From an uncultured Alphaproteobacteria bacterium (GTDB taxonomy: Bacteria > Pseudomonadota > Alphaproteobacteria > Rhizobiales > Xanthobacteraceae), in contig CAWGJP010000002.1 in NCBI GenBank assembly GCA_963822935.1, forward strand, positions 119,381-183,380: a DNA stretch of 64,000 bases. Reading direction: 5' to 3'. This document shows positions 1-10,230 of this stretch, one piece after another (positions within the stretch are counted from its first letter, which is position 1; every line of letters starts with the position of its first letter). The position numbers were made by a program, and so were the translations under genes. The notes below the pieces were generated by a model that was not told the origin of the DNA, ran no database searches, and was given only the letters and a program-made list of their open reading frames with translations.

Positions 1-443
1 CCGCGCGGCGACAGCCAGCCGACGATTTTCTGGCCCGAGGCCTGTTCCAGAAGCCTGGTGCAGCGCGCGATATTGGCGCGCTCCTCTTCGTCCGACAGCA
101 GCGCCGGAATGACGTCCATGGCGTAGGAATGCGACAGCACTTCGTGGCCGTTGTCGGCAATCGCCTTGACGGCCGCCGGTGCGCGCTCGGCGATGACGGC
201 ATTGGTCATGACGCTTGCCTTGGCGCCGTGGCGCGCAAAGGCCTCCATCAGCCGATGGATGCCGACCTCGACCCCGTAGGCGGCCCAGGAAATCGCCATG
301 GTGTCGAGCACGCCGGCGGGCAGCGGATTGCCCATCGGACTTATGCCTGGCGCCTTGCCGTCCGACCATGCTTCGAGACAGACATTGAACACGACGGCAA
401 TGCGCTTGCCGTTCGGCCACTCCCAAGTTGGCTTAGTCTTCAT
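1..443 (-). CDS. polysaccharide deacetylase family protein (N-terminal part only; gene runs off the left edge)
   Basis: Own minus-strand translation from ATG at 443-441: MKTKPTWEWPNGKRIAVVFNVCLEAWSDGKAPG...HGAKASVMTNAVIAERAPAAVKAIADNGHEVLSHSY. This looks like a PuuE/NodB-fold deacetylase N-terminus. It is absent from the ORF track because no stop lies inside the window. Confidence 0.6.
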   Translation of the reverse strand, partial: MKTKPTWEWPNGKRIAVVFNVCLEAWSDGKAPGISPMGNPLPAGVLDTMAISWAAYGVEVGIHRLMEAFARHGAKASVMTNAVIAERAPAAVKAIADNGHEVLSHSYAMDVIPALLSDEEERANIARCTRLLEQASGQKIVGWLSPR

Positions 444-515
444 TCACGGCCCCGGACGCGGAACTCGGTCGGAGCCCGTTAAATCACAGGATGGTTCGCC
501 GCGTCGAGAGCAGGG

Positions 516-2048
516 TCAGGCGCGTTGCAGTCGCGGGCTCATGAACCAGGTGCCCACAACCACCAGGAACGCCAGCAAGGCGGGCGCGACCGCGAGCGAC
601 AGACTGACGGCGGCGACCGCCGCCGTCGCGGCCCAGCCAATCGATGAAAAGGCCTCAGCAAACGTCGCCAATCGCGAAGAGACCTGACGGCGGCGAAATT
701 GACTGCGTTTGGCTTGGCTGCGGAACCAGAGCTGGATTGAGGTCGCAGCCACGGCGGCAATAACAATGCCGGCGGTCGTGACCAGCGCGTGCCACGGCGA
801 GGCGATGGCGAGTGCCGCGACGAGCGGAGCAAAAATCACGGCGATAATCCCGAGCACGGCCTCGACTTTGGCGCGGACGACAAATCCACCTGATATCGGC
901 GCCGAAGCGACGAGGTCGGGCGAATCCTCGCCCGAGATCGCAAGCCAGGCGAGCCCGCCGGCGAGCTGACCGGCCGCCATGACCAGTACCGGCACCAGGA
1001 GCTGGTAAGCGCCGTTGCCGTCATCGAAGCTGCGCCACAACAGCACGGCCGGCGGAATGAGATAGAGCATCTGCATGAGCGTCTGCGACACCAGCCAAGG
1101 ATCGCGTCGCAACAGCGTCCACTCCTTGGTCCGCAACGCGCGGCGCGGCGAGGACGCGTGGAATGCGGTCGTGCGCCGCACCTCGACGACCGCCGAGGCA
1201 TCGACACCCGCCGCAGTGACGGCGTATTCGCCGAAGCGTGGCGCCACGATAGCAATTACGACGGCAAGCATGGCCAGGCTTATGGCGAGCACGCCAAGAA
1301 GCGCCGCGCCGTCACCCAGCGCGGCGCGCGCCGGCCACCAGATCAAGCTGTCGAGACCGGGCAAATCGGCGATCAGGCTTTGCGACTGCAAGAGCGAAAC
1401 CCGCGAGATGGTGCCGTAGGACAGGATGGCTGCGATCTGCAGTCCGATGACAAAAGCGGCGCCGATCACGGCGGCGACGACCTGTGCGACGAAACGCGTG
1501 CGCCGCGCGCCGATCGTGCGAAACAGCGCGACGGAAAGACCCACCGCCAGCGCCGTCGCGGCGGCGCCCATCGCGGCGATCAGTCCGTAGGCTCCGAGCC
1601 AGCGCCAGCCGCCGCGCGCAATCAATACATCGATGAACGGCGCCGCAAGCGGCAGCGCCATCATCGCCATCGACAGCGCCACCGTGGCGATGCGCACCGC
1701 GAAGATTTTTTCCGCGGCAACCGGCGAAGCCAGAATGAGATCGAGATCGGAGCGCGCATAGAAAGCGCGTGTCGTCGATTCCATCGCCTGCGAGATCATC
1801 AACAGCCAAGACAACAATATGCTGCCGGTGATCGCGACCAAAGTCGATTTGTCAGGGACGGCATCGGCGTAGCGGCCCACCATCCAATAGGCGACGAAAT
1901 GCATGAACAGAACGAAGATCGCGATGGCGATGACGGCGCGTCGCAAGCGCTTGCGCCGGCCACCGCTCATCATGGCGAGCCAATCGCGCCACGCGAGGCG
2001 CCACTCATGTTCGGCAAACCACAGCGTCGAGCCGGCTGACGCGATCAT
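516..2048 (-). CDS. multi-pass membrane protein, putative permease partner of the adjacent ABC ATPase
   Basis: 510-aa ORF with many hydrophobic spans. Its start overlaps the stop of the upstream ATPase as ATGA (2045-2048), which suggests translational coupling. Confidence 0.65.
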   Translation of the reverse strand: MIASAGSTLWFAEHEWRLAWRDWLAMMSGGRRKRLRRAVIAIAIFVLFMHFVAYWMVGRYADAVPDKSTLVAITGSILLSWLLMISQAMESTTRAFYARSDLDLILASPVAAEKIFAVRIATVALSMAMMALPLAAPFIDVLIARGGWRWLGAYGLIAAMGAAATALAVGLSVALFRTIGARRTRFVAQVVAAVIGAAFVIGLQIAAILSYGTISRVSLLQSQSLIADLPGLDSLIWWPARAALGDGAALLGVLAISLAMLAVVIAIVAPRFGEYAVTAAGVDASAVVEVRRTTAFHASSPRRALRTKEWTLLRRDPWLVSQTLMQMLYLIPPAVLLWRSFDDGNGAYQLLVPVLVMAAGQLAGGLAWLAISGEDSPDLVASAPISGGFVVRAKVEAVLGIIAVIFAPLVAALAIASPWHALVTTAGIVIAAVAATSIQLWFRSQAKRSQFRRRQVSSRLATFAEAFSSIGWAATAAVAAVSLSLAVAPALLAFLVVVGTWFMSPRLQRA

Positions 2049-2836
2049 GCCGCTTCCGCCGGCTGGGCCAAGAGCGCAAGAAAAGTGTCTTCGAGGCTTG
2101 CCCGATCACCCGCACTGGCGGCGGCAACCGACGCCCCGTCCTTGCCGGCCTGGAGCCGCAATTCGTCGAGCGTGCCTTCAGCGATCAGCCGGCCATGGGC
2201 AATGACGCCGATGCGGTCGGCCATGCGCTCGGCGACTTCGAGAATGTGCGTGGTCATGATGACGGTGCCGCCGGCGCGCACCCGCTCGCGTAAGACGCTC
2301 TTGACTTGACGCGCCGACCCGGCGTCGAGCCCGGTCAGCGGTTCGTCGAGGATGATCAGCCGCGGCTCGTGAATGAGCGCGCCGGCCAGCGCAACCTTTT
2401 GCCTCATGCCTTTGGAGAAACCCTCGCAGCGCTCCTGCGCATGCGGCTCGAGTTCGAGCCAGTCCAGAAGCTCTTGTGCGCGCGGCTCCGCCAGCGGCGG
2501 CGCGAGGCCCCACAGGCCGGCGACGAATTCGAGATACTCTCGCGGCGTGAGCTTGTCGTAGATCATCGGCTCGTCGGAAATCCACGCCATCAGCCGCTTC
2601 GCCGCAATCGGATCGGCGAGCGCATCAATCCCGGCGACGCGGATGCTGCCGGCATCTGGCCGCAGCAGGCCGGCGATCATGCGCAAGGTCGTGGTCTTGC
2701 CGGCGCCGTTCGGGCCAAGCAGCGCATAAAATTCGCCGCCGCGAACAGTCAAGTCGAGCCCGTCGACCGCGGGACGGTCGAAACGCTTGACGAGGCCGTG
2801 GATTTCGAGGGCAAACGGCGGCGCGATATGCTGCAT
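2045..2836 (-). CDS. ABC transporter ATP-binding protein
   Basis: Walker A GPNGAGKTT, signature-like FSKGMRQKV, Walker B LIILDEPLTGLD. Confidence 0.9.
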   Translation of the reverse strand: MQHIAPPFALEIHGLVKRFDRPAVDGLDLTVRGGEFYALLGPNGAGKTTTLRMIAGLLRPDAGSIRVAGIDALADPIAAKRLMAWISDEPMIYDKLTPREYLEFVAGLWGLAPPLAEPRAQELLDWLELEPHAQERCEGFSKGMRQKVALAGALIHEPRLIILDEPLTGLDAGSARQVKSVLRERVRAGGTVIMTTHILEVAERMADRIGVIAHGRLIAEGTLDELRLQAGKDGASVAAASAGDRASLEDTFLALLAQPAEAA

Positions 2837-2903
2837 GCGGCAGCAAATTAAGCGATAGAGGTTTCGGCAGCGTGAATCCGACGCCTCGAATTTCGCAAGT
2901 CAT

Positions 2904-3839
2904 TCAACCGGTAATGCGGTCGATCTCGGCGAGGTCCGCAGCCGATAGCAGCCAGCCGATAGCGGCGACGTTCTGCTCCACCTGTTCCGGCCTGGTGGCG
3001 CCGGCAATGATGCCGGAGACGAACGGCCGGCTGGCAAGCCAGCTCATGGCCAATTCGAGGAGCGAATGACCGCGCTGTGCGGCGAATGCGCGGAGTTTCT
3101 CCACGATGTTCCAATTGTGCGCATTGAGCAGACCGTCGGCGTGGTGTGCGCTGTAGGAGAGCCGGGAACCGGCGGGCATCGGCGCGCCGCTTTGGTATTT
3201 GCCGGTCAACAGGCCACTCGCCAACGGAAAGTAAGGCAGCAGCCCCAGGCCGTACTTGCGCACGACCGCGACGCGATCCTTTTCAATGCCGCGGTCGAGC
3301 AGATTGTATTCGTCCTGACACGTCACGAAGGCCGACAGCTTATGTTGCGCCGCAACCGCCCGGGCCTCGTCAAGCTGCGCCGCCGATAAATTGGAGCAAC
3401 CGATGAAACGGATCTTCCCCGCCTTGACCAGATCGTCGAGCGCGCGCAGCGTTTCCTCGATCGGCGTTTTAGGATCGGCCCGGTGCAACTGATAGAGATC
3501 GATCCAGTCGGTCTTGAGCCGGCGCAAACTCGCTTCCACTGCTTGCAGGACGTAGCGCCGCGAGGCGCCGCCGTTTGCGCCGGCGCCCATCGGCAAGCCG
3601 AATTTTGTCGCCAGCACGACATCCTTGCGCCGCGCTCCCAACGCCTCGCCTAAAATGGTCTCCGAGCCGCCTTTGTTGCCGTAGACGTCGGCGGTGTCGA
3701 TCAACGTGACGCCAAGATCGAGCGCTTTGTGCACGACCAGACGCGCGGCATCGCGGCCGCTGCGGCCGCCGAAATTATTAGTGCCGAGACCGACGAGGGA
3801 TACTTCCGGTCCCGAAGTTCCGAGCCTGCGCTTTTGCAT
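2904..3839 (-). CDS. aldo/keto reductase
   Basis: 311 aa with LIDTADVYG, LATKFG and RFIGCSN, typical AKR motifs. Confidence 0.9.
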   Translation of the reverse strand: MQKRRLGTSGPEVSLVGLGTNNFGGRSGRDAARLVVHKALDLGVTLIDTADVYGNKGGSETILGEALGARRKDVVLATKFGLPMGAGANGGASRRYVLQAVEASLRRLKTDWIDLYQLHRADPKTPIEETLRALDDLVKAGKIRFIGCSNLSAAQLDEARAVAAQHKLSAFVTCQDEYNLLDRGIEKDRVAVVRKYGLGLLPYFPLASGLLTGKYQSGAPMPAGSRLSYSAHHADGLLNAHNWNIVEKLRAFAAQRGHSLLELAMSWLASRPFVSGIIAGATRPEQVEQNVAAIGWLLSAADLAEIDRITG

Positions 3840-3862
3840 GCGTTAGATCGTGCGTCGCGCGC

Positions 3863-6154
3863 TCAACCGCCGACATTATAGGCGGCGATCGCCGCCATGT
3901 TGACGAGCTGGGCATCATTCGCCGACAGCGGCACGATCTGCACCGAACGATCGAGGCCGACCAACATCGGGCCGATGACATTGGCGCCGCCCAGCTCCAT
4001 CAGCATCTTGGTCGAGATCGAGGCCGAATGAAACGCCGGCATGACCAGAACAGTGGCGGGGCCGGACAGCCGGCAGAACGGATAAGCTTCGCGCAACTCC
4101 ATGTTCAACGCCACATCGGCTGCCATGTCGCCATCATATTCGAAATCGACATGGCGCTCGTCGAGCAGCCGCACCGCTTCCTGCACGCGCCCCGAACGCT
4201 CGCCCGGGGGATGGCCGAACGTAGAGAAAGCAAGCAGGGCGACCTTCGGATCGTAGCCAAGAGAACGGGCGACGCGCGCCGCCTCGACCGCGATCTCGGC
4301 GAGGTCGGCCGCCGTCGGCATTTCGGTCACCGCGGTATCGGCGACCAGCACGGTGCGGCCCCGTGCCAGCACCAGCGACACGCCCATGACCCGATGCCCG
4401 GGTTTTGGATCGATGCAGCGCCGCACGTCTTCCAGCGCGACGGAGAAATTACGGGTGACGCCGGTGACCATGGCGTCGGCATCGCCGAGCGCCACCATGC
4501 AGGAGGCAAAGTGGTTGCGGTCCTGGTTTACCAGGCGCTGACAGTCGCGCTGCAGGAAGCCGTGGCGCTGCAGCCGCTCGTAGAGATAGGCGGCATAAGC
4601 CGAATTGCGCGACGACATCCCGGCATTGATGATCTCGATATTGCCGCCGAGCTCGACGCCGAGCGCTTGCGCGGTTTCGCGCACCGCCCGTTCGCGGCCG
4701 ACCAGAAGCGCCGAGCCCAATCCTTGGTGCACGAAGGTAGCCGCCGCGCGGATCACCTGCTCCTCTTCGCCTTCGGCGAACACCACGCGCCGCGGCCGCC
4801 GGCGCAGCCGTTCATAAACGCCGGTCAGCACGCCGGCGACAGGGTCGAGCCGGGTGCGCAATTGCTGCCGATAGGTTTCCATATTGGCGATGGGTTTGCG
4901 CGCGACGTTGGTATCCATCGCCGCTTTGGCGACGGCCGGCGGAATGTCCGAAATCAGCCGCGGATCGAACGGCACCGGAATGATGTAGTCCGGCCCATAT
5001 TTCGGCCGCGCGCCATAGGCGACCGCGACCTCGTCGGGCACGTCTTCGCGCGCCAAGGCGGCAAGCGCGTGGGCTGCCGCGATCTTCATCTCCATATTGA
5101 TGGCGCGGGCGCGCACGTCGAGCGCGCCGCGGAAGATGTAGGGAAAGCCGAGAACGTTGTTGATCTGGTTCGGATAGTCGGATCGGCCGGTGGCCATGAT
5201 GGCGTCCGAGCGCACTGCGGCGACCTCCTCCACGGTGATTTCCGGATCGGGATTGGCCATGGCAAAGATGATCGGGCGATCCGCCATCTCTTTCACCATC
5301 GCCTGGGTCACCGCGCCCTTGACCGAAAGCCCGAAGAATACATCGGCGCCCTTGAGCGCTTCGGCGAGCGTGCGCGCCTTGGTTTTCACCGCGGAGGCCG
5401 ACTTCCACTGGTTCATGCCCTCAGTGCGGCCTTCGTAGATGACGCCCTTGGTATCGCAGAGAATAAGGTTCTCCGGGCGAAAGCCGATGGCGCGCAGCAG
5501 TTCGAGGCACGCGATACCGGCGGCGCCGGCGCCGTTGCAGACAAGCTTGGTCGTTGCGATTTCGCGGCCCGTAAGTTCAATCGCGTTGAGCAGGCCCGCG
5601 GCGGCGATAATGGCCGTGCCGTGCTGGTCGTCATGGAAAACCGGAATGTCGAGCAGCTCGCGCAGCTTTTGCTCGATGATGAAGCATTCCGGCGCCTTGA
5701 TATCCTCGAGATTGATGCCGCCCCACCCCTTGCCGAGGAATTTCACGCAATTGATGAATTCGTCCGGGTCTTCGGTGGACACCTCCAGATCGATGGAATC
5801 GATATCGGCGAAGCGTTTGAACAGCACCGCTTTGCCTTCCATCACCGGCTTCGCCGCCAGCGCACCGCGATTGCCAAGCCCGAGAATGGCCGTGCCGTTG
5901 GTGATAACGGCGACGAAATTGCCTTTGGTCGTGTAATCGAAGGCTTTGGTTTCGTCCTCGGCGATGGCGAGCACCGGGATGGCGACCCCGGGCGAATAAG
6001 CCAACGAGAGATCGCGCTGTGTCGCCATTGGCTTGGTGGCGACGACTTCGAGCTTCCCGGGGCGGCCCTGGCTGTGAAACAGCAGGGCTTCCTGGTCGGT
6101 AAAGGTCGGCCGGTTCGAATGGCTGCCGTTTTTGCCGCCGTTGTTCAAAGCCAT
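3863..6154 (-). CDS. maeB: NADP-dependent malic enzyme (malic enzyme domain fused to a phosphotransacetylase-like domain)
   Basis: 763 aa. N-terminal LSLAYSPGVA and VCNGAGAAGIA Rossmann motif, followed by a C-terminal PTA-like domain of about 330 aa. The length and architecture are typical of MaeB. Confidence 0.9.
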   Translation of the reverse strand: MALNNGGKNGSHSNRPTFTDQEALLFHSQGRPGKLEVVATKPMATQRDLSLAYSPGVAIPVLAIAEDETKAFDYTTKGNFVAVITNGTAILGLGNRGALAAKPVMEGKAVLFKRFADIDSIDLEVSTEDPDEFINCVKFLGKGWGGINLEDIKAPECFIIEQKLRELLDIPVFHDDQHGTAIIAAAGLLNAIELTGREIATTKLVCNGAGAAGIACLELLRAIGFRPENLILCDTKGVIYEGRTEGMNQWKSASAVKTKARTLAEALKGADVFFGLSVKGAVTQAMVKEMADRPIIFAMANPDPEITVEEVAAVRSDAIMATGRSDYPNQINNVLGFPYIFRGALDVRARAINMEMKIAAAHALAALAREDVPDEVAVAYGARPKYGPDYIIPVPFDPRLISDIPPAVAKAAMDTNVARKPIANMETYRQQLRTRLDPVAGVLTGVYERLRRRPRRVVFAEGEEEQVIRAAATFVHQGLGSALLVGRERAVRETAQALGVELGGNIEIINAGMSSRNSAYAAYLYERLQRHGFLQRDCQRLVNQDRNHFASCMVALGDADAMVTGVTRNFSVALEDVRRCIDPKPGHRVMGVSLVLARGRTVLVADTAVTEMPTAADLAEIAVEAARVARSLGYDPKVALLAFSTFGHPPGERSGRVQEAVRLLDERHVDFEYDGDMAADVALNMELREAYPFCRLSGPATVLVMPAFHSASISTKMLMELGGANVIGPMLVGLDRSVQIVPLSANDAQLVNMAAIAAYNVGG

Positions 6155-6281
6155 TTCAAATCCCTGCTGGTGCGCCGGAGCCGGGCGGGGGATGGAACCT
6201 TAGCGAACCCGCCGGCCTGCACTCAAGGCAGGCGACCGGAAAGCCGGCCGGCCGCATTGAACAAGCCCGCCGGGAAGGGTA

Positions 6282-6659
6282 ATGCCTGCCTCAAGAGTCC
6301 CGACCATCATCCGCCATCTCCAGCCGCAGCGCGTCAGCGTCATGATCAGATTCCTGCTTCGCTTTATCGGCCTCTGCCTGCTTGCTACCGGTTTTGTGTT
6401 CCTGGTCTATGACGGGACCAAATCCATCGCCAACCACGACCTCATCTACACCAAGGTCGTCGATGTGTGGGCCATAATCGACCAGCACAGCCTCAATGTG
6501 GTTCAAACCTGGCTGAAGCAGCGAGCGGCCTGGGCCTGGGACCCTTACTTGCAACGGATTTTCGATCTCCCAGCTTGGGTCGTCATCGGAATTGTCGCTA
6601 TCATCCTGACGCTCCTCGGTCGCAAAAAGAAGCCGCTTATTGGTTACGCGCGCGACTGA
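6282..6659 (+). CDS. small membrane protein, function unknown
   Basis: Two hydrophobic spans (LLRFIGLCLLATGFVFLVY and AWVVIGIVAIILTLL). The start is uncertain; an in-frame ATG at 6342 is an alternative. Confidence 0.5.
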   Translation: MPASRVPTIIRHLQPQRVSVMIRFLLRFIGLCLLATGFVFLVYDGTKSIANHDLIYTKVVDVWAIIDQHSLNVVQTWLKQRAAWAWDPYLQRIFDLPAWVVIGIVAIILTLLGRKKKPLIGYARD

Positions 6660-6695
6660 AATCGACCGTGCGTGGCGGCAAGATGCGGGGGTGAA

Positions 6696-8318
6696 ATGCC
6701 GGGCTCGAGTTATGATTACATCATCATCGGCGCCGGCTCGGCCGGCTGTGTGCTGGCCAACAGGCTGAGCGAGGATGCCGCAGCCAGCGTCCTGCTCATC
6801 GAAGCCGGCGGCCGCGACTGGCACCCCTATATTCACATCCCGCTTGGCCTCGGCCGACTGCACGACCGCCATATGTTCGACTGGGGCTACCAAACCGATC
6901 CCGAGCCGAACCTCAACAATCGGCGCATCGAGGCGATGCGCGGCAAGGTTTTGGGCGGCTCATCCTCTATCAATGTCATGGCCTATACCCGTGGCAATCC
7001 CGGCGACTACGACCGCTGGGCGCAGAAGGGCGCACGCGGCTGGTCCTATGCCGACGTGCTGCCGTATTTCCGGCGCTGCGAGACCTTCGCGCGGGGCGAA
7101 GACGCGTGGCGAGGTGGGACCGGCCCGCTCGGCACCGAATTCGCCCGAACGCAAGACCCGCTTTATGAAGCTTGGCTGGAAGCCGCCAAAAGCTGCAGCT
7201 ATCCGCTGACCGCGGACTATAACGGCGAGCAGCAGGAGGGTTTCGGTCGCGGCCAATACACCATTCGCGACGGCCGCCGCTCGTCGTCCGCCAATGCGTT
7301 CCTCAAGCCGGCAAGCGGGCGAAAAAATCTCACGGTCGCAACCAACGCCCACACCACGCGCGTCGTACTCGACGGCAGCCGAGCGAGAGGTATCGAATAC
7401 GTCCAGGGGGGCTCGACGCTGCGCGCAAGCGCGACGCGGGAAGTGATCCTGGCCGCAGGCACCTTCAACACGCCGCAAATCCTGATGCTCTCGGGGATCG
7501 GACCGGCGCAGCATTTGCGCGACTTCGGTATCGGCGTAGTCGCCGACCTGCCGGTCGGCAAGAACCTACAGGACCATCTCGGCGCCTACATGACTTACAC
7601 CCGAAAACAGCCGGGCAGCTTTCATCGCGAAATGCGCGTCGACCGCATGGCGGCGAGCATGATCCGCGCGCATCTGTTCGGACGAGGGCCGGCAACGGTC
7701 GTGCCGGGCGGGCTGCACGCTTTCATCAAAACGCGGCCCGAACTGGCCGTTCCCGATATCGAGTTCATGTTCCGCGGCACCTCGCACGCGCCGCATCTTT
7801 GGTTTCCATTCGTCCGCCCGGCCTTCCAGGACGGCTACGGCATTCGACCGACGCTGTTGCATCCCGACAGCCGCGGCGAAGTGCTGCTCAGCACGGCCGA
7901 CCCCTTGGCGCCGCCCCGTATCGTCTATCGTTTCTTCACGGCGCCAAACGATCTGCCGACGCTGCGCGAAGGGTTTAAGCGGGCGCGCGAGCTTGCCTTC
8001 GACAAAGCGCTCAATCCTTATCGCGGTGAGGAGATCGGACCTGGACTGAACGTCAAAACCGACGCCGAGATCGATGGTTGGCTGAAGAAAGTCGTCATCA
8101 CGGCACACCATCCTTGCGGTACCTGCGCGATGGGCCAGGACGGCGTCCTTGATGCTGACCTGAGAGTCCACGGCATCGAGAATTTGCGCGTCTGCGACGC
8201 CTCGGCGTTGCCCGATCTCGTCTCCGCCCACATCAATGCCTGCGTGCTGATGATGGCCGAAAAGGGCGCCGACCTTATTCGTGGCCGCAAGTCCTTGTCG
8301 CAAGCGGAGGCGGCCTGA
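6696..8318 (+). CDS. GMC family oxidoreductase (choline dehydrogenase-like)
   Basis: DYIIIGAGSAGCVLANRLSED FAD motif and GGSSSINVMAY. ATG at 6696 is preceded by GGGGGTGAA. The ORF track starts at an upstream GTG (6672). Confidence 0.85.
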   Translation: MPGSSYDYIIIGAGSAGCVLANRLSEDAAASVLLIEAGGRDWHPYIHIPLGLGRLHDRHMFDWGYQTDPEPNLNNRRIEAMRGKVLGGSSSINVMAYTRGNPGDYDRWAQKGARGWSYADVLPYFRRCETFARGEDAWRGGTGPLGTEFARTQDPLYEAWLEAAKSCSYPLTADYNGEQQEGFGRGQYTIRDGRRSSSANAFLKPASGRKNLTVATNAHTTRVVLDGSRARGIEYVQGGSTLRASATREVILAAGTFNTPQILMLSGIGPAQHLRDFGIGVVADLPVGKNLQDHLGAYMTYTRKQPGSFHREMRVDRMAASMIRAHLFGRGPATVVPGGLHAFIKTRPELAVPDIEFMFRGTSHAPHLWFPFVRPAFQDGYGIRPTLLHPDSRGEVLLSTADPLAPPRIVYRFFTAPNDLPTLREGFKRARELAFDKALNPYRGEEIGPGLNVKTDAEIDGWLKKVVITAHHPCGTCAMGQDGVLDADLRVHGIENLRVCDASALPDLVSAHINACVLMMAEKGADLIRGRKSLSQAEAA

Positions 8319-8338
8319 CCGTCAGCCGCACAAAGAAC

Positions 8339-9022
8339 ATGTCCTTGCGACGCCTCGCGGTGATCTTGGCAATTGTCGCGGTTGTTCCAGTTCTCGTCCC
8401 CTATGCGCTCGCGCCTCTTTATCGATTCATCGATCCCGTCTCGATGCCGATGCTGTGGCGCTACGCCACCGGCGCACGCGTCGAACGGATCGATGTCCCA
8501 CTCGCGCGCACATCGCCGGCGCTACGTCTCGCCGTGATTGTCGCCGAGGACGGCGGCTTTTGCCATAACCCCGGCATCGACCTCGGTGAAATCCGCGCCG
8601 CTTTGAGACAGTCCCACGATGACCTCGACGAGTCGCGAGGCGCCTCCACCATCACTCAACAAACCGCCAAGAACCTATTTCTCTGGCAGGGACGCAGTTT
8701 TATCCGCAAGGCGCTCGAGATGCCGCTTGCGGTCTGGATGACCCTGGTTTTGCCGAAGCGGCGAATATTGGAGATCTACCTCAACATCGCCGAATGGGGC
8801 CCGGACGGCATGTTCGGCGCCGAAGCCGGTGCGCGCTGGGCGTTTGGCAAATCGGCGCACGATCTAACCCCTTATGAGGCGGCGGAACTTGCTGCGATCC
8901 TGCCGAACCCGGTGCGGCGCAGCACCAAAACTCCAAGTGTCCTAGTGCGCAGGCTTGCCGGCCTCTATGAGCGCCGCGCCGCCGAATTCAGCGGGCTCGA
9001 CGCTTGCGTCAGGGGTCCATAA
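8339..9022 (+). CDS. mtgA: monofunctional biosynthetic peptidoglycan transglycosylase
   Basis: 227 aa with an N-terminal TM segment, AEDGGFCHNPGID and GASTITQQTAKNLFLW (GT51 motifs). Confidence 0.85.
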   Translation: MSLRRLAVILAIVAVVPVLVPYALAPLYRFIDPVSMPMLWRYATGARVERIDVPLARTSPALRLAVIVAEDGGFCHNPGIDLGEIRAALRQSHDDLDESRGASTITQQTAKNLFLWQGRSFIRKALEMPLAVWMTLVLPKRRILEIYLNIAEWGPDGMFGAEAGARWAFGKSAHDLTPYEAAELAAILPNPVRRSTKTPSVLVRRLAGLYERRAAEFSGLDACVRGP

Positions 9023-9106
9023 GCTTTGCCCCTAGCCTAGCAACGATCATTCTTCTATAAGCCCGTCATTCCGAGCAAGACGAGCCAATCAGAGGAGAGC
9101 GATCCC

Positions 9107-9292
9107 ATGGCTGTGCCGAAACGAAAAACCTCGCCGTCGAGGCGGGGTATGCGCCGGTCAGCCGATGCGCTGAAGGCGCCGACTTACGTCGAAGACAAGG
9201 ATTCCGGCGAGCTACGCCGTCCGCACCACATCGATCTCAAAACCGGGATGTATCGCGGCCGGCAAATCCTCAGCAAGAAATCGGAAGCCTAA
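9107..9292 (+). CDS. rpmF: 50S ribosomal protein L32
   Basis: [19 protein letters not shown]-terminus, 61 aa, AGAGGAGAG Shine-Dalgarno upstream. Confidence 0.95.
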   Translation: MAVPKRKTSPSRRGMRRSADALKAPTYVEDKDSGELRRPHHIDLKTGMYRGRQILSKKSEA

Positions 9293-9370
9293 CCTTCCAG
9301 CCCCGTGCACATCCCCGCGGTCTTTGGAATCGGCCCGAACGAGCGAGCTATGTGACGAAAGATTTGCGTC

Positions 9371-9775
9371 ATGTTTGTGCTTGGCTTTCCGCTGCTGCTG
9401 GTTCCCTTCGCCATCTACAACATGATTGCGTTTCTCACCCCGGGCGTCAGCTGGACCTCGCCGGTGACGACCGTACACATGATGTCTGGGCAGGATTGGG
9501 TACTGACCTGGGAAGACATCCTGGTCGCGTCCGCGATTTTTCTGCTCTGGATCGAAATCATCAAGTCGACCCGAATTGGAACGCGCAGCGTCATGGACCA
9601 TATCCTGGCGATGGCGCTGTTCATCGCCATGCTGGTCGAATTCCTGCTGGTGCCGCGAGCCGCGAGCTCGACATTTTTCTTGTTGATGGCGATTGCCCTG
9701 GTCGACGTGCTCGCGGGCTTTATCGTCGGCATGCGCAGCGCGCAGCGCCAGGTCGAAATTGGAGGTCCGGGATAA
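9371..9775 (+). CDS. integral membrane protein, function unknown
   Basis: 134 aa with four hydrophobic spans. No alternative coding frame looks convincing here. Confidence 0.6.
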   Translation: MFVLGFPLLLVPFAIYNMIAFLTPGVSWTSPVTTVHMMSGQDWVLTWEDILVASAIFLLWIEIIKSTRIGTRSVMDHILAMALFIAMLVEFLLVPRAASSTFFLLMAIALVDVLAGFIVGMRSAQRQVEIGGPG

Positions 9776-9814
9776 ATCTGAGCTCCCGGTCCAGCTGAAG
9801 GCGCCAAGCTCCCG

Positions 9815-10042
9815 CTAGAACGACCTTGAGAGCCTGCCCCCCGGTGCTGTCGGCCATTGGCCGAGCGCGCGATAGGCCGCTGTCGCCGCTTCCGGCTCGG
9901 CGCGTCGGCGGGCCCGGGTTTGCGGTGCCTGCGACGTCGTGGCGATCAGATGGGCCATGAAATCGGCATTCGGCCGCTGGCCCATTCGTGACGGTCGGCT
10001 GTCCCGATCCATCGGTCCGATTGGGACGAGAGCTGTGCTCAC
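9815..10042 (-). CDS. small hypothetical protein (75 aa), GTG start
   Basis: Only the C-terminal part of the Arg-rich 254-aa track ORF looks coding. GTG at 10042 is preceded by GGAGA 5 nt upstream. Product: VSTALVPIGPMDRDSRPSRMGQRPNADFMAHLIATTSQAPQTRARRRAEPEAATAAYRALGQW... Confidence 0.3.
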   Translation of the reverse strand: MSTALVPIGPMDRDSRPSRMGQRPNADFMAHLIATTSQAPQTRARRRAEPEAATAAYRALGQWPTAPGGRLSRSF

Positions 10043-10230
10043 TTGCGTCTCCTGTCCCGAAACGGGACGTTCATGGCCTTCAGCCAGGAGATCGCAAGCA
10101 CCGTGCCGCGTAGAGGACGTGCAATTCTTCGGGTTTACCGAATCGTTTAAGCTCTTGCCGATATGCTGGCGGCAAACCCGGCGTCTGCTCGCGCTACCCG
10201 CGGACTGCACCCCTGCATCATGAGGCGACC

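Noticed and set aside
4028-6412. 794-aa ORF on the plus strand
   Set aside because: It is entirely antisense to the well-supported maeB gene. Its Arg/Gly/Ala/His-rich, low-complexity translation is typical of stop-poor antisense frames in high-GC DNA.
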